This document shows positions 28,688 to 30,896 of a stretch of 30,896 nucleotides of DNA, one piece after another. The translations under genes were made by a program, and so were the position numbers. Position 1 is the stretch's first letter. Each line of letters starts with the position of its first letter. The DNA comes from Chthoniobacteraceae bacterium (GTDB taxonomy: Bacteria; Verrucomicrobiota; Verrucomicrobiia; Chthoniobacterales; Chthoniobacteraceae), in NCBI GenBank assembly GCA_037190965.1, contig JBBCKI010000039.1, positions 1 through 30,896 of the forward strand, in the 5' to 3' direction. The notes beneath the pieces are model-generated. The model saw only the letters and a program-made list of their open reading frames with translations. It did no database searches and had not been told where the DNA came from.

Positions 28688-30896
28688 ATGGAAGAGATTA
28701 GAAGTTATCGTGAAAATTATTTTCATTTCGCTTTCAGATGGCCGTTCAGGCTTAGTCTGATTGTGGCTGCATTTTCATTCGCGGAAGTCCGCGCGGCGGA
28801 ACTGGTCTACATCGGGCGAGCTGGATTGTTTTCAGATGAATTCGTCGCATCCGATCGTTTCTATCAAGATCAGTCAAGTGGGGTATACGGAATCATTGGA
28901 GAGCGCTATTTGCTGGGGGGCTCCCAACGTTATGAGGGGACGAGTCCTCTCGGGATGGCTGCCTGGGTGACCGAAGTCACCACAGCGGCTACTACACGTA
29001 TCGGGCTTTATGAAGGCGCTGAATTTAGTAGCACCAGTGGCTGGCAGTATAGTAAAATCGATAATGTGTTTGGGGAGAGCTATCTTTGGGGTAGATCGAC
29101 ACGCTATGTTAATTCGGTTAGCGCGGGAGAGGCGATGTGGTCTGCCAATGCTGCTACCGGTATAACGAGTCGTATAGGTCTTTATTCCACAGATTTTACT
29201 CGCGCATCCGATGGGATGCAAAATGGAAATGTGAAACTCCTCACGGGTAGTGAATATTTAGGTGGTTATTCCTCCCGGTATAACGGATCGGCTAATGCGG
29301 GTGAAGCGGCGTGGGTGGCAAACGCAGCGACGGGGGTCACCCATCGAGTGGGGCTCTATTCTGAACCAGAATTCTTCCGGGATGATAACTTTCAGCATAG
29401 TTCCGTCGTCGATCTTTCTGAAAGCGGGTTCTCGATCGGACACTCTATCCGATTCATTGCCGGGGTATACAGTGCAGGTCAAGCGGCATGGGTGGCTGAT
29501 AAAAATGGTATTACGATTCGAGCGGGGTTTTATGGTGGATCTGAATTTAGAAAGTTGTCGGGGGAAGAGGTTAGCTTTGTTACGAAGCTTAATGAGGATG
29601 GATATGCGATTGGCTATTCGAATCGTTACCAGGGCGATGATGACGCAGGGCGGGTTGCTTGGGTGGCAGGCGGGGTAAACGTTCCTACGAGGGAGATTGG
29701 TCTCACTGGAAATGCTTATGTGTTGGATGGTAATGGATATCGCTACAGTGAGGCCTCATACCTTTCGGAGAGTGGCTATGTCGCCGGTTGCTCAAAACGA
29801 TTCTATAACGGTGATGACGCAGGGCGGGCCGAGTGGGTCGGCAATGCGTCGGGTGGTGCGGTGAGTCGAATCGGCTTGTACTCTGATCCAGAGTTTACGA
29901 GATCAGATTCGGATTATCAGTTTAGTCAAACGACCTTGTTTACTGAAAGCGGATTTCTTGTGGGTACTTCCAAGCGGTTCGAAAATGGCGCTCACGTAGG
30001 GGAAGCCGCTTGGGTTGCGAGCGCCGTTTCAGGTGAAACTCATCGAATCGGCCTCTATCCTGCCCCCGACGCGGCGAGCGCAGGGGTGTCTTTTGGTAGT
30101 AGCTTTGCAGATAAGATTACGGAAAGTGGTTTTGTTATCGGGCGAACTGAACGCTCTGGTGTCATGGGTGATGCCGGGCAAGCGACATGGACGGCGAAAG
30201 CGAATACAGGGGAGACAACGCGCATTGGCCTCTTTACGGGAGACGAGTTTACCAGTCACAATAGTGGGTATCAAAATACAGTCGTTCGGGGAATGACGGA
30301 AAGTGGTTTTGCTTTCGGTTATTCCAAACGTTTCAATGCTGATCAAGACGCAGGAGAGGCGACCTGGTTGGCGGATTTATCCACCGGAGTAAATCATCGG
30401 ATTGGACTTTTTTCTGAAGCGGAGTTTGTAAGGGCCTCTGATAATTATCAATCTAGTTCTGTTGAAGTTGCCGTCGAGGGCGGTTATGTTGTCGGTTATT
30501 CCGCGCGCTATGCTTCGTCTTCAAGTGCGGGTAACGCGGTATGGGTGGCCAACGCTTCAACTGGCGAGACATTTCGGGTGGGGTTTTATGAAGGAACGGA
30601 GTTCACCAGTTCGAGTAATCACTTTCAAGCCAGTGATATTTGGGGACTGACGCAGAGTGGATTTGTCATCGGTTCTTCTGCTCAGTTCAACGGAGATGCT
30701 TACATCGGGAGCGCGATGTGGGTTGCAGCAAGCAATGGAACCACAACCCAGGTTGGCCTCTCGGACAGTGCCCATACCGATGCAGAGGGTGGTCAACGTG
30801 GCTATTTTACGGGAATGTCCGAAGGATATGTTTACGGCCTTACGACGCGTTATTTGGGCTCGAGCTATGGGGGAGTGGAGGGAGGACAGACGGCGT
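28688..30896 (+). CDS. Large exported tandem-repeat protein (about 12 x 58-59 aa units), truncated by window end
   Basis: Hand translation from ATG 28688 (in-frame ATG also at 28670) is open to the end, 736 codons; signal-like LSLIVAAFSFAEVRA-AE; recurring RIGLY..EF, ESG(F/Y)..G.S.R(F/Y), AG.AAWVA. Confidence 0.88.
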   Translation, partial: MEEIRSYRENYFHFAFRWPFRLSLIVAAFSFAEVRAAELVYIGRAGLFSDEFVASDRFYQDQSSGVYGIIGERYLLGGSQRYEGTSPLGMAAWVTEVTTAATTRIGLYEGAEFSSTSGWQYSKIDNVFGESYLWGRSTRYVNSVSAGEAMWSANAATGITSRIGLYSTDFTRASDGMQNGNVKLLTGSEYLGGYSSRYNGSANAGEAAWVANAATGVTHRVGLYSEPEFFRDDNFQHSSVVDLSESGFSIGHSIRFIAGVYSAGQAAWVADKNGITIRAGFYGGSEFRKLSGEEVSFVTKLNEDGYAIGYSNRYQGDDDAGRVAWVAGGVNVPTREIGLTGNAYVLDGNGYRYSEASYLSESGYVAGCSKRFYNGDDAGRAEWVGNASGGAVSRIGLYSDPEFTRSDSDYQFSQTTLFTESGFLVGTSKRFENGAHVGEAAWVASAVSGETHRIGLYPAPDAASAGVSFGSSFADKITESGFVIGRTERSGVMGDAGQATWTAKANTGETTRIGLFTGDEFTSHNSGYQNTVVRGMTESGFAFGYSKRFNADQDAGEATWLADLSTGVNHRIGLFSEAEFVRASDNYQSSSVEVAVEGGYVVGYSARYASSSSAGNAVWVANASTGETFRVGFYEGTEFTSSSNHFQASDIWGLTQSGFVIGSSAQFNGDAYIGSAMWVAASNGTTTQVGLSDSAHTDAEGGQRGYFTGMSEGYVYGLTTRYLGSSYGGVEGGQTA

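Noticed and set aside
29638..30311. Spaced 16-17 bp direct repeats as a possible CRISPR array
   Set aside because: Only pairs, 174-177 nt apart, in frame within the repeat-protein ORF; no cas genes
28761..30796. Short ORFs listed in the ORF track in the right-hand region
   Set aside because: Alternative-frame or antisense fragments overlapping the long repeat-protein ORF

Overview
GC-rich bacterial chromosomal segment; gene content and protein style suggest Verrucomicrobiota (inference). Left edge: 3' end and right terminus of an ISL3-type insertion sequence, 70 bp past the 3' end of tRNA-Glu(TTC). Most of the window is core envelope/housekeeping DNA: waaA, rsmD, AsmA-like protein, lipid kinase, metallopeptidase, rhomboid, rhodanese, L,D-transpeptidase, lepA, coaD-yceD-rpmF-plsX-fabH-tatD, DoxX, thrS and a cardiolipin synthase. 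Less ordinary parts: (i) an uncharacterised FmdB / Zn-ribbon membrane protein / apparent pseudo-peptidase cluster; (ii) an ECF sigma, Zn-free anti-sigma and periplasmic partner triad with a candidate ECF promoter; (iii) an accessory block with a frameshift-damaged PEP-CTERM-like gene, a B12/Fe-type ABC transporter and a Gly/His/Tyr/Pro-rich exported protein; (iv) a lower-GC ORF of at least 736 codons at the right edge, missing from the ORF track because it runs off the window, built of about 12 tandem 58-59 aa repeats. A -10-like hexamer sits exactly 6 nt before six start codons, pointing to leaderless mRNAs. No CRISPR, rRNA or intact phage was seen. All calls come from reading motifs by eye; no database search was run.
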